Source: an uncultured delta proteobacterium | GTDB taxonomy: Bacteria > Desulfobacterota > Desulfomonilia > Desulfomonilales > Desulfomonilaceae | Assembly (NCBI GenBank): GCA_963789265.1 | Contig: CAWBKB010000001.1 | Location: forward strand, 2,400,001 to 2,464,000 | Length of the DNA: 64,000 nucleotides | Direction: 5' to 3' | Shown: in pieces, positions 39,752 to 48,969 of the stretch | Position numbering within the stretch: position 1 is the stretch's first letter | Layout: each line of letters begins with the position of its first letter | Notes under the pieces: model-generated | What the model was told of the DNA's origin: nothing | Database searches by the model: none | The model's input: the letters and a program-made list of their open reading frames with translations, nothing else | Made by a program: the position numbers and the translations under genes

Positions 39752-40942
39752 CTACGACCTTAGTAGATCTGCTTTGTCGGTGGCCTCCCACGGCAAATCC
39801 ATATCTGTCCGTCCGAAATGCCCATACGCGGCAAGTTTGCGATAGAAGCCATCACTGGACATCGATGGTAGCTTTGTCAAATTGAATTGTCTGACAATCC
39901 CGCCTAGCCTGAAATCGAAATGCTTCTCCACAAGGGCACTGATTTTGTCATCGGAAAGCTTGCCCGTTCCCATAGTCTCAACCTGGATGCTGACCGGCCC
40001 TGAAAGTCCTATCGAATAGCTAAGCTGGACCTCGCACTGTTCGGCAAGCCCTGCGGCGACAACATTCTTGGCCGCGTAACGAGCTGCATACGCACCGACC
40101 CTGTCAATTCTTAACGCATCTTTTCCGCTCAGAGCCGATCCGCTGTTTCTGGAATAACCTCCGTAAGTGTCGATGGCATTCTTTCGACCTGTCAGTCCTG
40201 AGTGCACCGACGGCCCGCCCATTTTCAAAGGGCCTCCCGGATTGATCAGGATACTGGTGTTCCCGTCAGGGACTATAGGCTCACCCTCAAATGCCTCTTT
40301 TATGACCGTTTCCATCACATCGTCTCGAAGTCGGTCCAGTTTGGGATGGGTCCGATCTATCTGGCTTGAATTGATCGTGATACTGTGGATCCTGTGCGGA
40401 ATGCGATTGTCGTATTCGACTCCGACCTGGGTGGTGCCGTCAGGCGCCAAGTATGGCAATACGCCTTGCAGCCTCACCTCGGAGAGCCTCTTCGAAAGCT
40501 TGTGGGCAAGCCATATCGGAAGCGGCATAAGCGTCGGTGATTGATTGCAAGCAAAACCGAATAACGTTACCTGGTCGTATGCCACGACTCTATCTATGTC
40601 CTCTTCGGACACATCGTCTTCGGCAACCAGGCAGTGCTGCTCCGGCGTCATTTCTTTGAGGCTGGTCAATATGCTGCAAGTCTTGAAGTTGAATTCATGG
40701 TCAATGTACCCGATCCGCCGGATAACCTTTCTGGCCACATTAGGAAAATCGACCTTCACGCCGGATGCAAATCTTGCAGCAATGAACACCACTGACAGTG
40801 ACACTGCGCACTCGGCGATAACCCGGGCGCATAAGTCATGCTCGAGAAAACGGTCTATGATGGCATCGCTTATCTGATCGCACAGCTTGTCCGGGTGTCC
40901 TTCGGTGACCGATTCGGACGTGTGGATGAAGTGCTTTTTCAT
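39752..40942 (-). CDS. metK: Divergent methionine adenosyltransferase paralogue
   Basis: SESVTEGHPDK, GLTGRK..DTYG, SGKD..IDR, AAYGHFGR; several substrate-binding residues substituted; 4-bp overlap with the ATPase. Confidence 0.85.
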   Translation of the reverse strand: MKKHFIHTSESVTEGHPDKLCDQISDAIIDRFLEHDLCARVIAECAVSLSVVFIAARFASGVKVDFPNVARKVIRRIGYIDHEFNFKTCSILTSLKEMTPEQHCLVAEDDVSEEDIDRVVAYDQVTLFGFACNQSPTLMPLPIWLAHKLSKRLSEVRLQGVLPYLAPDGTTQVGVEYDNRIPHRIHSITINSSQIDRTHPKLDRLRDDVMETVIKEAFEGEPIVPDGNTSILINPGGPLKMGGPSVHSGLTGRKNAIDTYGGYSRNSGSALSGKDALRIDRVGAYAARYAAKNVVAAGLAEQCEVQLSYSIGLSGPVSIQVETMGTGKLSDDKISALVEKHFDFRLGGIVRQFNLTKLPSMSSDGFYRKLAAYGHFGRTDMDLPWEATDKADLLRS

Positions 40943-43900
40943 TTGTTGTCCGCCGATGTTTTTTTGGTGACTTCGTTTATGAGCAGAGGAACTACTGACG
41001 CAGCCCCGATTACCAACCCGTCAAAAAGTGTTATCGGGGTTGTGCCCAGCAGTGTTCTCAGCCCGGGAACAAGCTGAGAAGCCAGTTGCAGCCCGAGTGA
41101 GCCAACGACCGCCACATTAAGATATTTATTCGGCGCGGATTTCCGGCGATCGAAGATGGTGCGCGTCTCTGAACGACAACTCACGGCGTGCAGGATCTGA
41201 GACGTGGTAAGGCTTTGAAATGCCAACGTACCCGCGGCCGGGCCCATGCCGTATTTCATAACACCGTATCCGTACGCGGCAAGCGAAGTCGCGGTCATCG
41301 TCGCAGCCTCGAAGCCAATTCTCTTGAAGTCGTTTGTCTTCACAATAGGCGCGGTGGAATCCCGCGGCGGGTGACTCATTACGTCAGGTTCCGCAGGTTC
41401 CAAAGCCAAGGCAAGTCCCGGGAATATGTCCGATACAAGGTTGATCCAGAGCAGTTGCATGGCATTAAGAGGGTATCCCAGTCCTAGAGCGCCTGCGACA
41501 AACATTACTTGGATTTCGCTGAAGTTGGTGGCAAGAAGATATCGGAGCGTCTTTCTGATATTATTGTAAATTGTTCGCCCATCACTTATCGCGATGATCA
41601 AGGTCTCCAGGTCGTCTTCTTCAAGCACCACATCAGCCACGTCTCGAGCCACATCAGTTCCAGCCCGCCCCATTGCTATACCAATGTCCGCGGCCTTGAG
41701 TGCAGGCCCGTCGTTAATGCCGTCGCCGGTCATGGCCACCACCTTGCCGGAACTCTGAAGGGCCTGAACAATCTGGAGCTTATTCGACGGGCTGACCCTG
41801 GAAAAGACGTGGACCTCCTTGCTCAGAGCTTTTAATACCGCAGGCTCGGTGGTTGTCAGGTGTGTCGAATCCAGGATTTCCAGCGGCCTGCCGTTGCTGA
41901 GCCCCAATTCCTTTCCCACAGCATACGCGGTCGGGCTCTGGTCTCCGGTGACCATCACAGTTTCCAGCCCCGCTTCATGAAACACCACTATGGATTCTTT
42001 GACTCGATTCCGGATAGGGTCGGCCATGCCGACCAGGCCCAACCAAGTGAAGCCATTCTCTGTCTCCGAGTGCTCATCGGAATTCCGGACGGCGAACGCG
42101 ACCCCCAGCACCCGCAATGCATTGCCGGCCATATTGTCATTTTCGGCTTCGACAATGTCTCTGTCCTTATCGGTAAGCGCGATGGCAGCCCCATTCCGGA
42201 TCTGATATTTGCACTTGGCGAGGACTTCTACGGGATTCCCCTTCAAAGCCACCAATACTTCCTTATCCGCGTATACGTGTTCAGTAACCATGAATTGGCG
42301 ATCATCGGACCGATACTGAATATTCAACACCGGATGTTGATCCCTTAGTGCCCGAACGTCAATGCCGCCGTTAATCGCCATGTAGATCAGAGCGTTTTCG
42401 GTTGGGGAGCCATTCAAAACGTACTGCCGATCTCTGAACTCGATTTGAGTCTCATTGCAGAGCACGCATATATGAATGAGTTTCAAGACCTCGTCGGACT
42501 GGGAGGGGTCAAATAGCTTTTCGCGGCTATAGAAGCTATTTTCACTTATCCGTATCTTCTCCATCCCGGAATAAATCGTCAGCACGGTCATTCGGTTATG
42601 GGTAATTGTGCCGGTTTTATCGAAACATATCGTCTGGACCGAGCCTAGCGTACAGATTGCATCGAGATTCCTTATGAGGACTTTGTGCTTCCTCATATTA
42701 TTGATCCCAAGCGCAAGCGTGGTCGTCGCAACAGCCGGCAGTCCTTCGGGAACTGCCGCGACGGCAAGAGAGATGGCTGTCTTGAGCATCTGAAGAAAGC
42801 CGTTCCCCCTGATGAGCCCCATAAAGAAAACTAACCCGCAGACGGCCCCGGAGATCAATACCAGTTGGTTGCCGATCTTCGTCAACTGTCGCTCTACGGG
42901 GGTTTCCGGGGCTTCGGCTTCAGCAAGAAGACTTTGGATCTTGCCTACTTCCGAGAACATGCCGATTGCTACGACAACCGCCAACCCCTGGCCCCCGGTG
43001 ATGAGCGTGCCCGAATAAACCATGTTGGTCCGGTCCGCGAGGGGAACCTTGGGGCCCTTAAGCGGAGATGAATTCTTGGACACCGGCATGCTTTCACCGG
43101 TGAGCACCGACTCGTCCACGGTAAGACGGGTTGCCTCGATAATTCTCGCGTCCCCTGTCACATACGTCCCTGGTTTCAGCAAAAGGATATCCCCCACGAG
43201 GACCTGTTCCGCGGGGATTTCCTGCAAACTGCCTTCCCGTATTACCTGTGCGGTTGGGCGGATCAACCTCTTCAACGAGCTTATTGTCTTTTCCGCTTCA
43301 TTTTCCGTAACAAAGCCGATTGCCGCGTTAATGCCCACCACAACCACAATTATGACGGCATCCGCAAGCCCCCCAGTAACCACGGAAAGACCGGCAGCCG
43401 CAGCCAGGAGCGCGACCGGGAAAGAGTTGAATTGATCGAAGAAAATGCCCAGCTTGGAGCGAGACAGAGGCTCGGGAAGAACATTAAGGCCGTATTCGCG
43501 GCGATTTTCCTGGGAGGCTTGGGCTGACAAGCCTCGTTTTCTGGAGGATTTCAGCGATGAAAGGACGAATTTCACATTGAGCAGGTGCCAGGGTTTAGAC
43601 TTATGAGCTTTGGAGAGGCCATACTCCGGCCGATCTTTCCCGGTGCGAACAACCCTGAGATCGGTTACAACGGCGAGTGCACCGACTTCAGTAGAGCCGG
43701 GGCCGCCCTTGGCCTCGTTATCCCTGGTCTCTCGCAGATAGGCTATCACAACACTCTCCACGCTCAGGGCTATCTTGCGAGGATTACAGTCAGGATTGAA
43801 AATTACCAGCACGTTTCCGGTCAAAATGTTGGCCGAAACGCGCCTGACGTCTTCGTCCTGCGGGAGTAACATTTCCAAGCGGTATTTGAGTGACACGCAT

Positions 43901-43965
43901 CGATAGAGGCCTTCGACTTTGTATCGCACTCTGCCCGGAATATGGTTATGAACTGTTTCTAACAA
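40939..43965 (-). CDS. P2A-type (Ca2+/Mn2+-like) P-type ATPase with N-terminal HMA2 domain
   Basis: HNHIPGRVR N-terminus; LTGES, VPEGLP, DKTGT, TGDGINDGPAL, TNFSE, QLLWINLVSD. Confidence 0.92.
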   Translation of the reverse strand: MLETVHNHIPGRVRYKVEGLYRCVSLKYRLEMLLPQDEDVRRVSANILTGNVLVIFNPDCNPRKIALSVESVVIAYLRETRDNEAKGGPGSTEVGALAVVTDLRVVRTGKDRPEYGLSKAHKSKPWHLLNVKFVLSSLKSSRKRGLSAQASQENRREYGLNVLPEPLSRSKLGIFFDQFNSFPVALLAAAAGLSVVTGGLADAVIIVVVVGINAAIGFVTENEAEKTISSLKRLIRPTAQVIREGSLQEIPAEQVLVGDILLLKPGTYVTGDARIIEATRLTVDESVLTGESMPVSKNSSPLKGPKVPLADRTNMVYSGTLITGGQGLAVVVAIGMFSEVGKIQSLLAEAEAPETPVERQLTKIGNQLVLISGAVCGLVFFMGLIRGNGFLQMLKTAISLAVAAVPEGLPAVATTTLALGINNMRKHKVLIRNLDAICTLGSVQTICFDKTGTITHNRMTVLTIYSGMEKIRISENSFYSREKLFDPSQSDEVLKLIHICVLCNETQIEFRDRQYVLNGSPTENALIYMAINGGIDVRALRDQHPVLNIQYRSDDRQFMVTEHVYADKEVLVALKGNPVEVLAKCKYQIRNGAAIALTDKDRDIVEAENDNMAGNALRVLGVAFAVRNSDEHSETENGFTWLGLVGMADPIRNRVKESIVVFHEAGLETVMVTGDQSPTAYAVGKELGLSNGRPLEILDSTHLTTTEPAVLKALSKEVHVFSRVSPSNKLQIVQALQSSGKVVAMTGDGINDGPALKAADIGIAMGRAGTDVARDVADVVLEEDDLETLIIAISDGRTIYNNIRKTLRYLLATNFSEIQVMFVAGALGLGYPLNAMQLLWINLVSDIFPGLALALEPAEPDVMSHPPRDSTAPIVKTNDFKRIGFEAATMTATSLAAYGYGVMKYGMGPAAGTLAFQSLTTSQILHAVSCRSETRTIFDRRKSAPNKYLNVAVVGSLGLQLASQLVPGLRTLLGTTPITLFDGLVIGAASVVPLLINEVTKKTSADNK

Positions 43966-44061
43966 CTGATTAGCCTTGTCTCGGCGGGCTCGCCCTACCT
44001 CATGAAAACGCGAGACGCCTGCTTTAGTCCTCTACTAGTTCTGGTTCCCAGGTTGTGCCAT

Positions 44062-44233
44062 ATAGGGGCTAACTTAACGATTTCCCCCCCTTCGTAAAGG
44101 GGGGTTAGGGGGGATGTTTGTCTAACTCCTTGAAAATCCCCCCTAATCCCTCTTTAGAAAGGAGGGACTTTGATGGCCCTTAGCCCGTTGGACCTCTTCA
44201 GAGATATCGAGATGCTCTTAAGTTAGCACCTAT
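44062..44233. mobile_element. MITE-like element between REP-type arms
   Basis: TIR ATAGG(G/T)GCTAACTTAA; flanked by gttcccaggttgtgcc and ggcagagcccgggaac. Confidence 0.65.
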
Positions 44234-44305
44234 CAGGCAGAGCCCGGGAACGAGAAACGCTTAAGTTAAGCTACTTAGCAATATATTGACGCCAACGCGA
44301 TGCTT

Positions 44306-44827
44306 TCAATCTCCATTTGCATCGTCCGCTTCCAATGCAAAGTCTTCCCCTTCGTCCCACTCCTCAATCTGTGCTCGCGTGAATACGCCCAACGCGTAAT
44401 AAAATGCCGTGTACCATGCAGGCATGACAATATTTCCTCGTGCAATCTGCCAGACTCCGGAAATTACCAGGCTGAGAAAAATGAGACTGGGAATATCGAC
44501 TTCGCCGCCGGTCGCATTCTTAAGATATCTATTATACACTTGAAACGTATCGGCTACATTGGTGAAAAGAGGCTTCTGTGGCCGTCCGGAGCGTCCCAAA
44601 ACAAACAGCTCGTTTTCTCTCGCAAAGTCAGCGATGGTCTTTCTTTCGCCTTCGTAGGAAATCAGGGCGCTTCCTATGTTAGGATTCACCCTGATTTCCT
44701 TTACCCCGGGGCAGCCGGAAAGCCGCTCCATCAAATTAGAAAAATATGAGACATCCCTTCTCTTAGAAGGAATCTTGATTCTTAGCCTGCGGGCCATCCG
44801 ATGAGACACATGAGCCTTCGGAATCAT
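44306..44827 (-). CDS. HMA2 (CoBaHMA-type) domain membrane protein
   Basis: VSHRMARRLRIKIP...NPNIGSALISYE; two C-terminal hydrophobic segments (TGGEVDIP, PAWYTAFYYA); acidic tail. Confidence 0.8.
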   Translation of the reverse strand: MIPKAHVSHRMARRLRIKIPSKRRDVSYFSNLMERLSGCPGVKEIRVNPNIGSALISYEGERKTIADFARENELFVLGRSGRPQKPLFTNVADTFQVYNRYLKNATGGEVDIPSLIFLSLVISGVWQIARGNIVMPAWYTAFYYALGVFTRAQIEEWDEGEDFALEADDANGD

Positions 44828-44855
44828 TTCTCCTCTCTTTGGTTCCCGTGTTCGT

Positions 44856-45122
44856 CTAAGCTCCTTTTGTCTTCGCCGGAGTCAGCTCAGCCTGCACTTC
44901 AGACTTCGCTTCGGCAGCCAGATCTTCTACTACCTCTGCGACCTCGGCAATCATTTCTCTGCATTTTTCGTAGAGCATTAAGCTGCCCTTTATGCCCGCC
45001 TTTGCAACCGGCCTTGCCGCGGTGGCTATCATCGGAATTACCACGGGGGCTACGAGTAAGCCCACCCCGATCGCGACGCCAGTCCACACACTGCCTTTAG
45101 GTGTGAAATTCCAACTGGCCAT
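44856..45122 (-). CDS. DUF5132-like small membrane protein
   Basis: WTGVAIGVGLLVAPVVIP...RPVAKAGIKG..LYE...EDLAAEAKSE; GGAGG RBS. Confidence 0.8.
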   Translation of the reverse strand: MASWNFTPKGSVWTGVAIGVGLLVAPVVIPMIATAARPVAKAGIKGSLMLYEKCREMIAEVAEVVEDLAAEAKSEVQAELTPAKTKGA

Positions 45123-45205
45123 TTGACGCCTCCTTCTTTCCGATCGTTCGGTAGGTCATCAACCTACTATAATAGCGTAAATCATTTCCCAGATTATGTC
45201 TATTT

Positions 45206-45233
45206 TGTTAGCTTATCATTAGCATTGTGTTAA
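45206..45233 (-). promoter_or_regulatory. 11-bp-periodic direct-repeat box
   Basis: Minus strand TTAACA-N5-CTAATG-N5-CTAACA upstream of the 45122 gene. Confidence 0.55.
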
Positions 45234-45365
45234 AAATGACGGCTTCGAGAAGTATTTTTAGAAATTCATTTTCCTGTACGGCCCCGGACCTGCTGAAAGT
45301 CGCTCAACCCCTTTGCTGAAGAGGAACGGCGAATCCGAAAGGGATGCAAAATTCTTCCCCCGAAT

Positions 45366-45404
45366 TTAACACCTTTTTAACATTTGTCTAATCGTAGCTC
45401 AACA
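45366..45404 (+). promoter_or_regulatory. Pho-box-like 11-bp-periodic repeats
   Basis: TTAACA (45366), TTAACA (45377), CTAATC (45388), TCAACA (45399), facing phoB-phoU. Confidence 0.55.
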
Positions 45405-45971
45405 ATCTTTGTTGAGAATGACTTCGCGGATTAATTCTCCCCGGCGGACAAAGGACGATTTACCGCACGGCCCCCCACAACTGTTAATCGACGGCTGAGC
45501 GGGATCGGTGTCTCTTCCGGCCACCGGGGTCTCCTCGACTCGGAGCATTTTTTCGAGAGCGGCGGCATAAGGTCCCCGCACTGCATTGCCCCTTGGCTCG
45601 CTGCCTTCGTATCCCCGGGGAAACGCATACTCGGCGCGCGAGGGAGATATTTGTTTTGTTCGCAATGACCAGGAGGAAATATAACTTGAATCTCCATACT
45701 TCTAGCCGAGATTTCGGCATTGTGCCTCTAATAGATCGCGATATTGCACTAGGGGAGTCCACGGAGATTCGACAAGTTCGTCGCTGTACAGACTTTGACG
45801 TATCGATAGAGATTCGTCTGTTGGTTAGCTTGTGATGACGGTAGGGAGGTCGGCGGGCTCGCCATCCCGTCAGCCAGTGGTGGTGAGCCCCCTCCCAATC
45901 CACTGCCGGCCTCCCAACATTTCTGGCTTTCCAAACACGTGTAATGCAAGGCAGAGAACAAGCGGGTGTGA

Positions 45972-46661
45972 ATGGCCAAAGAAAAAGTTCTAGTCGTCGA
46001 TGACGACGAAGATATCTTAGAGCTGGTAACGTACAATCTGACAAAGGAAGGGTATCACGTTTCTTCAGTTCTTTCCGGGGAACAGGCTTTAAAGAAGGCA
46101 AAGGAGGAACACCCTGACGCAATACTGCTCGACCTCATGCTGCCCGGGGTAGATGGCCTGGATGTCTGCCGGGAATTGAAGAACGATCCTGCTACCAGGT
46201 ACATACCCGTTCTGATGGTAACCGCAAAAGGAGAGGATGCCGACATAGTCAGCGGCCTGGAATTGGGTGCGGACGATTACATCACCAAACCTTTCAGCCC
46301 CCGAGTCCTTTTGGCCCGCCTGAAAACCGTTCTACGGCGGAACAAGCCTCAAGAGTCTGAAGAGCTCGCGGTCGTGAACCTGCACGGCCTCACCATCGAT
46401 CCTAACCGTCACCAGGTCCTCCTTGAGAGGATGCCCATCGTTCTCACCACCACGGAGTTCAGGATCCTTCATTTTCTGGCGCGGCGCCCCGGTCGAGTCT
46501 TCAGCCGAGACCAGATAATAAACGCGGTGAAGGGGGAGAATTATGCTGTAACGGAGCGCTCTGTCGACGTACAAATTGTTAGTCTGAGAAAGAAGCTCGG
46601 CAGGTTTGGAGACGCGATAGAGACGGTCAGAGGGGTGGGCTATAGGGTGAAAGAGGAGTAG
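45972..46661 (+). CDS. phoB: OmpR/PhoB-family response regulator
   Basis: VVDDD, LLDLMLP, GADDYITKPFSPR, ERSVDVQI, IETVRGVGY; next to phoU. Confidence 0.8.
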   Translation: MAKEKVLVVDDDEDILELVTYNLTKEGYHVSSVLSGEQALKKAKEEHPDAILLDLMLPGVDGLDVCRELKNDPATRYIPVLMVTAKGEDADIVSGLELGADDYITKPFSPRVLLARLKTVLRRNKPQESEELAVVNLHGLTIDPNRHQVLLERMPIVLTTTEFRILHFLARRPGRVFSRDQIINAVKGENYAVTERSVDVQIVSLRKKLGRFGDAIETVRGVGYRVKEE

Positions 46662-46880
46662 TGTTTGTTCAGCGGATTATCGGGATTCACGGTCCTGCAA
46701 GACGCGCGATTGCCGTGAACGAATACCATGCGCGCCGTACCGGCACAGACCGGATAGTAGGATGGCCCACCGCATCGCCGGGCGGAAAGAACAGAATTCT
46801 CCGCGATCTCAACGTTCTCTGCGGTGAACTGTTGCTGAGAAGAAACGTCACTTGGCAAAACCGCGAGGAAGGAACGATGA

Positions 46881-47594
46881 ATGAGGATAAGACTGCAGAA
46901 GGACATTGACAGGTTGAAAGAGAGGATTGTTTCACTAGGGACTCTGGTGGAAGAGCACTTTCGCGTGGCGATCAAAGCCATCCAAAATCTGGATGCCCAG
47001 TTGGCCAAGACTGTCATTGATGGTGATATAGAGGTTGATCGGCTGGAGATTGATGTTGAGGAGGATTGCCTGAAGATTCTGGCCCTTCACCAGCCCGTTG
47101 CAGACCAGTTGCGGTATATAGTGGCGATACTGAAGATGAACAATGATTTGGAACGAATAGGGGATTTAGCTGTCAATATTGCCGAGCAAGCGGAAGCTAT
47201 CGCTCGCGACGAGCGACAGGTCTTAGCATTTGACTATCTGACCATGGGACAGAAGGCCGAGGAAATGCTGAAGAAGAGCCTCGATTCCCTCATAAATACC
47301 GATCTTCGCTTGGCTTACGAGGTATTGAGCCGAGACGACGACGTTGATGCCATGAAAAATGCGATCGAGGCCCAGTTCGCGCAGGAGATGTGCAAGTCCA
47401 AGGGAGATCCTGCATCCCTGATCAACTTGTTCCTGGTCTCACGTCATCTCGAACGCATAGCCGACCATGCCACCAACATTGCGGAAGACGTGATATATCT
47501 GATCACAGGCGAGATCCACAGGCACCGAGGAGCGGTGGTCATACGAGGCAGCGATAGCTGGTTTAGTAAATCGGACGAGCACGAACTGGGCTGA
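46881..47594 (+). CDS. phoU: Phosphate signalling protein PhoU
   Basis: ALHQPVADQLR, DLERIGDLAVNIA, HLERIADHATNIAEDVIY. Confidence 0.93.
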   Translation: MRIRLQKDIDRLKERIVSLGTLVEEHFRVAIKAIQNLDAQLAKTVIDGDIEVDRLEIDVEEDCLKILALHQPVADQLRYIVAILKMNNDLERIGDLAVNIAEQAEAIARDERQVLAFDYLTMGQKAEEMLKKSLDSLINTDLRLAYEVLSRDDDVDAMKNAIEAQFAQEMCKSKGDPASLINLFLVSRHLERIADHATNIAEDVIYLITGEIHRHRGAVVIRGSDSWFSKSDEHELG

Positions 47595-47643
47595 CGAACG
47601 GGCAATAGAAACCCGGAAGCAGCGGTTCCCGAACATGATTCGC

Positions 47644-48969
47644 TCATTTCCTCGGCACTGATGCGTCGGTCGCAGACTCAATACCGGACGCGACCTCGGG
47701 TAGAATCCCCTTTGTGACGTAGGTTGGACGGGCCTTCTCTCGCAAGTGCGGAAGCCTGCGGGCAAAGACTCCGGCGCCGACCATGCACGCAACTCCCCCG
47801 ATAAGTACGGTCCACGGGGCACCAATCGCACCGGCCAGTGCGCCTGCCAGCAAACTGCCAACAGGGGCCATTCCTATAAACGCGACCGTGTAGAAGCTCA
47901 TGACCCGTCCCCGCCGGTCGTCGTCCACCATAGTCTGCAACAGTGTGTTGCTCGCTGCCAATTGGATCATCTGGCCGAAACCCACCCCGGCCACCAACGC
48001 CAACGACCAAAACATGTTGTGTGACAGGGAGAAACCCACAAGCCCAAGGCCGAATATGGCCGCGCCGGTGGGGATCATTTTGCCCAGCCCCAGAACACCT
48101 CTTCTAGAGGCCAGGTACAAAGCTCCTGCCAGAGCTCCTACTCCGGAGCCTCCCATCAAGAATCCCAGTGCATCGGGGCCTCCATGCAAGACATCTTTGG
48201 CAAAGACGGGCATGAGCACGATGTAAGGCATTCCCATCAGGCTAACCAGGGCGAGCAGCAAGATAATATCCCGAATAGGCTCGAAACCGTATACATACCG
48301 AAAACCCTCCTTTAAGTCATGCCATGCTCTCGACTTTTGTGCTCTGAAATTCTGGCGCACAATCCTCATCATAAGCAAAGAGACTATTACGGCCAAGTAG
48401 CTCAATCCATTGATAAGAAAACACATTCCTTCTCCCACAGCGGAAATGAGCAACCCGGCTATGGTCGGCCCCAAAAGGCGCGCGCAATTGACCATAGACG
48501 AATTCAAGGCAATGGCATTCCCCAAGTCGGTCTTTTCTTCAATCATCTGGATCATGAAAGATTGACGCACAGGCATGTCAAATGCACTGACAACTCCTAA
48601 GGCCAGGCTTAATGCCACAATGTGCCAGATCATTATAGTTCCGGTCAGAACAAGATAGGATAAGACGAAAGCCTGCAACATTGCGAGCACTTGCGTCCAA
48701 ATCAGCAACTGGTGGCGATTCCAACGATCGGCCAGCACACCTGCAAAGGCAGCCAAAACGAAAATGGGGATTTGTCCCGCAAATCCAACGACTCCCAAAA
48801 GAAAAGCAGAATGCGTGAGTCGATAAACCAGCCATCCCACGGCAATGCGTTGCATCCAGGTGCCGACGAGAGAAACGCCCTGTCCGACAAAGTACAGTCT
48901 GAAATTGCGATAGCGCAGTGCGCGAACAATGGGCCGAAGCGGCCGCTTGTCTTTCTGATTCATTTGCAC
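47644..48969 (-). CDS. MFS transporter (DHA3-like)
   Basis: GQGVSLVGTWMQ, GVLADRWNR, RGRVMS; about 12 TM helices. Confidence 0.9.
   Translation of the reverse strand: MQMNQKDKRPLRPIVRALRYRNFRLYFVGQGVSLVGTWMQRIAVGWLVYRLTHSAFLLGVVGFAGQIPIFVLAAFAGVLADRWNRHQLLIWTQVLAMLQAFVLSYLVLTGTIMIWHIVALSLALGVVSAFDMPVRQSFMIQMIEEKTDLGNAIALNSSMVNCARLLGPTIAGLLISAVGEGMCFLINGLSYLAVIVSLLMMRIVRQNFRAQKSRAWHDLKEGFRYVYGFEPIRDIILLLALVSLMGMPYIVLMPVFAKDVLHGGPDALGFLMGGSGVGALAGALYLASRRGVLGLGKMIPTGAAIFGLGLVGFSLSHNMFWSLALVAGVGFGQMIQLAASNTLLQTMVDDDRRGRVMSFYTVAFIGMAPVGSLLAGALAGAIGAPWTVLIGGVACMVGAGVFARRLPHLREKARPTYVTKGILPEVASGIESATDASVPRK

Noticed and set aside
37214..45122. Magnetosome island or canonical ferrosome cluster
   Set aside because: No mamA/B/K/M/E/Q genes; the ATPase has PEGL (P2A) rather than P1B-6 motifs, so it is called ferrosome-like only
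45399..45960. ORFs between the DUF5132-like gene and phoB
   Set aside because: No motif, RBS or consistent frame; probably a long leader or decayed DNA
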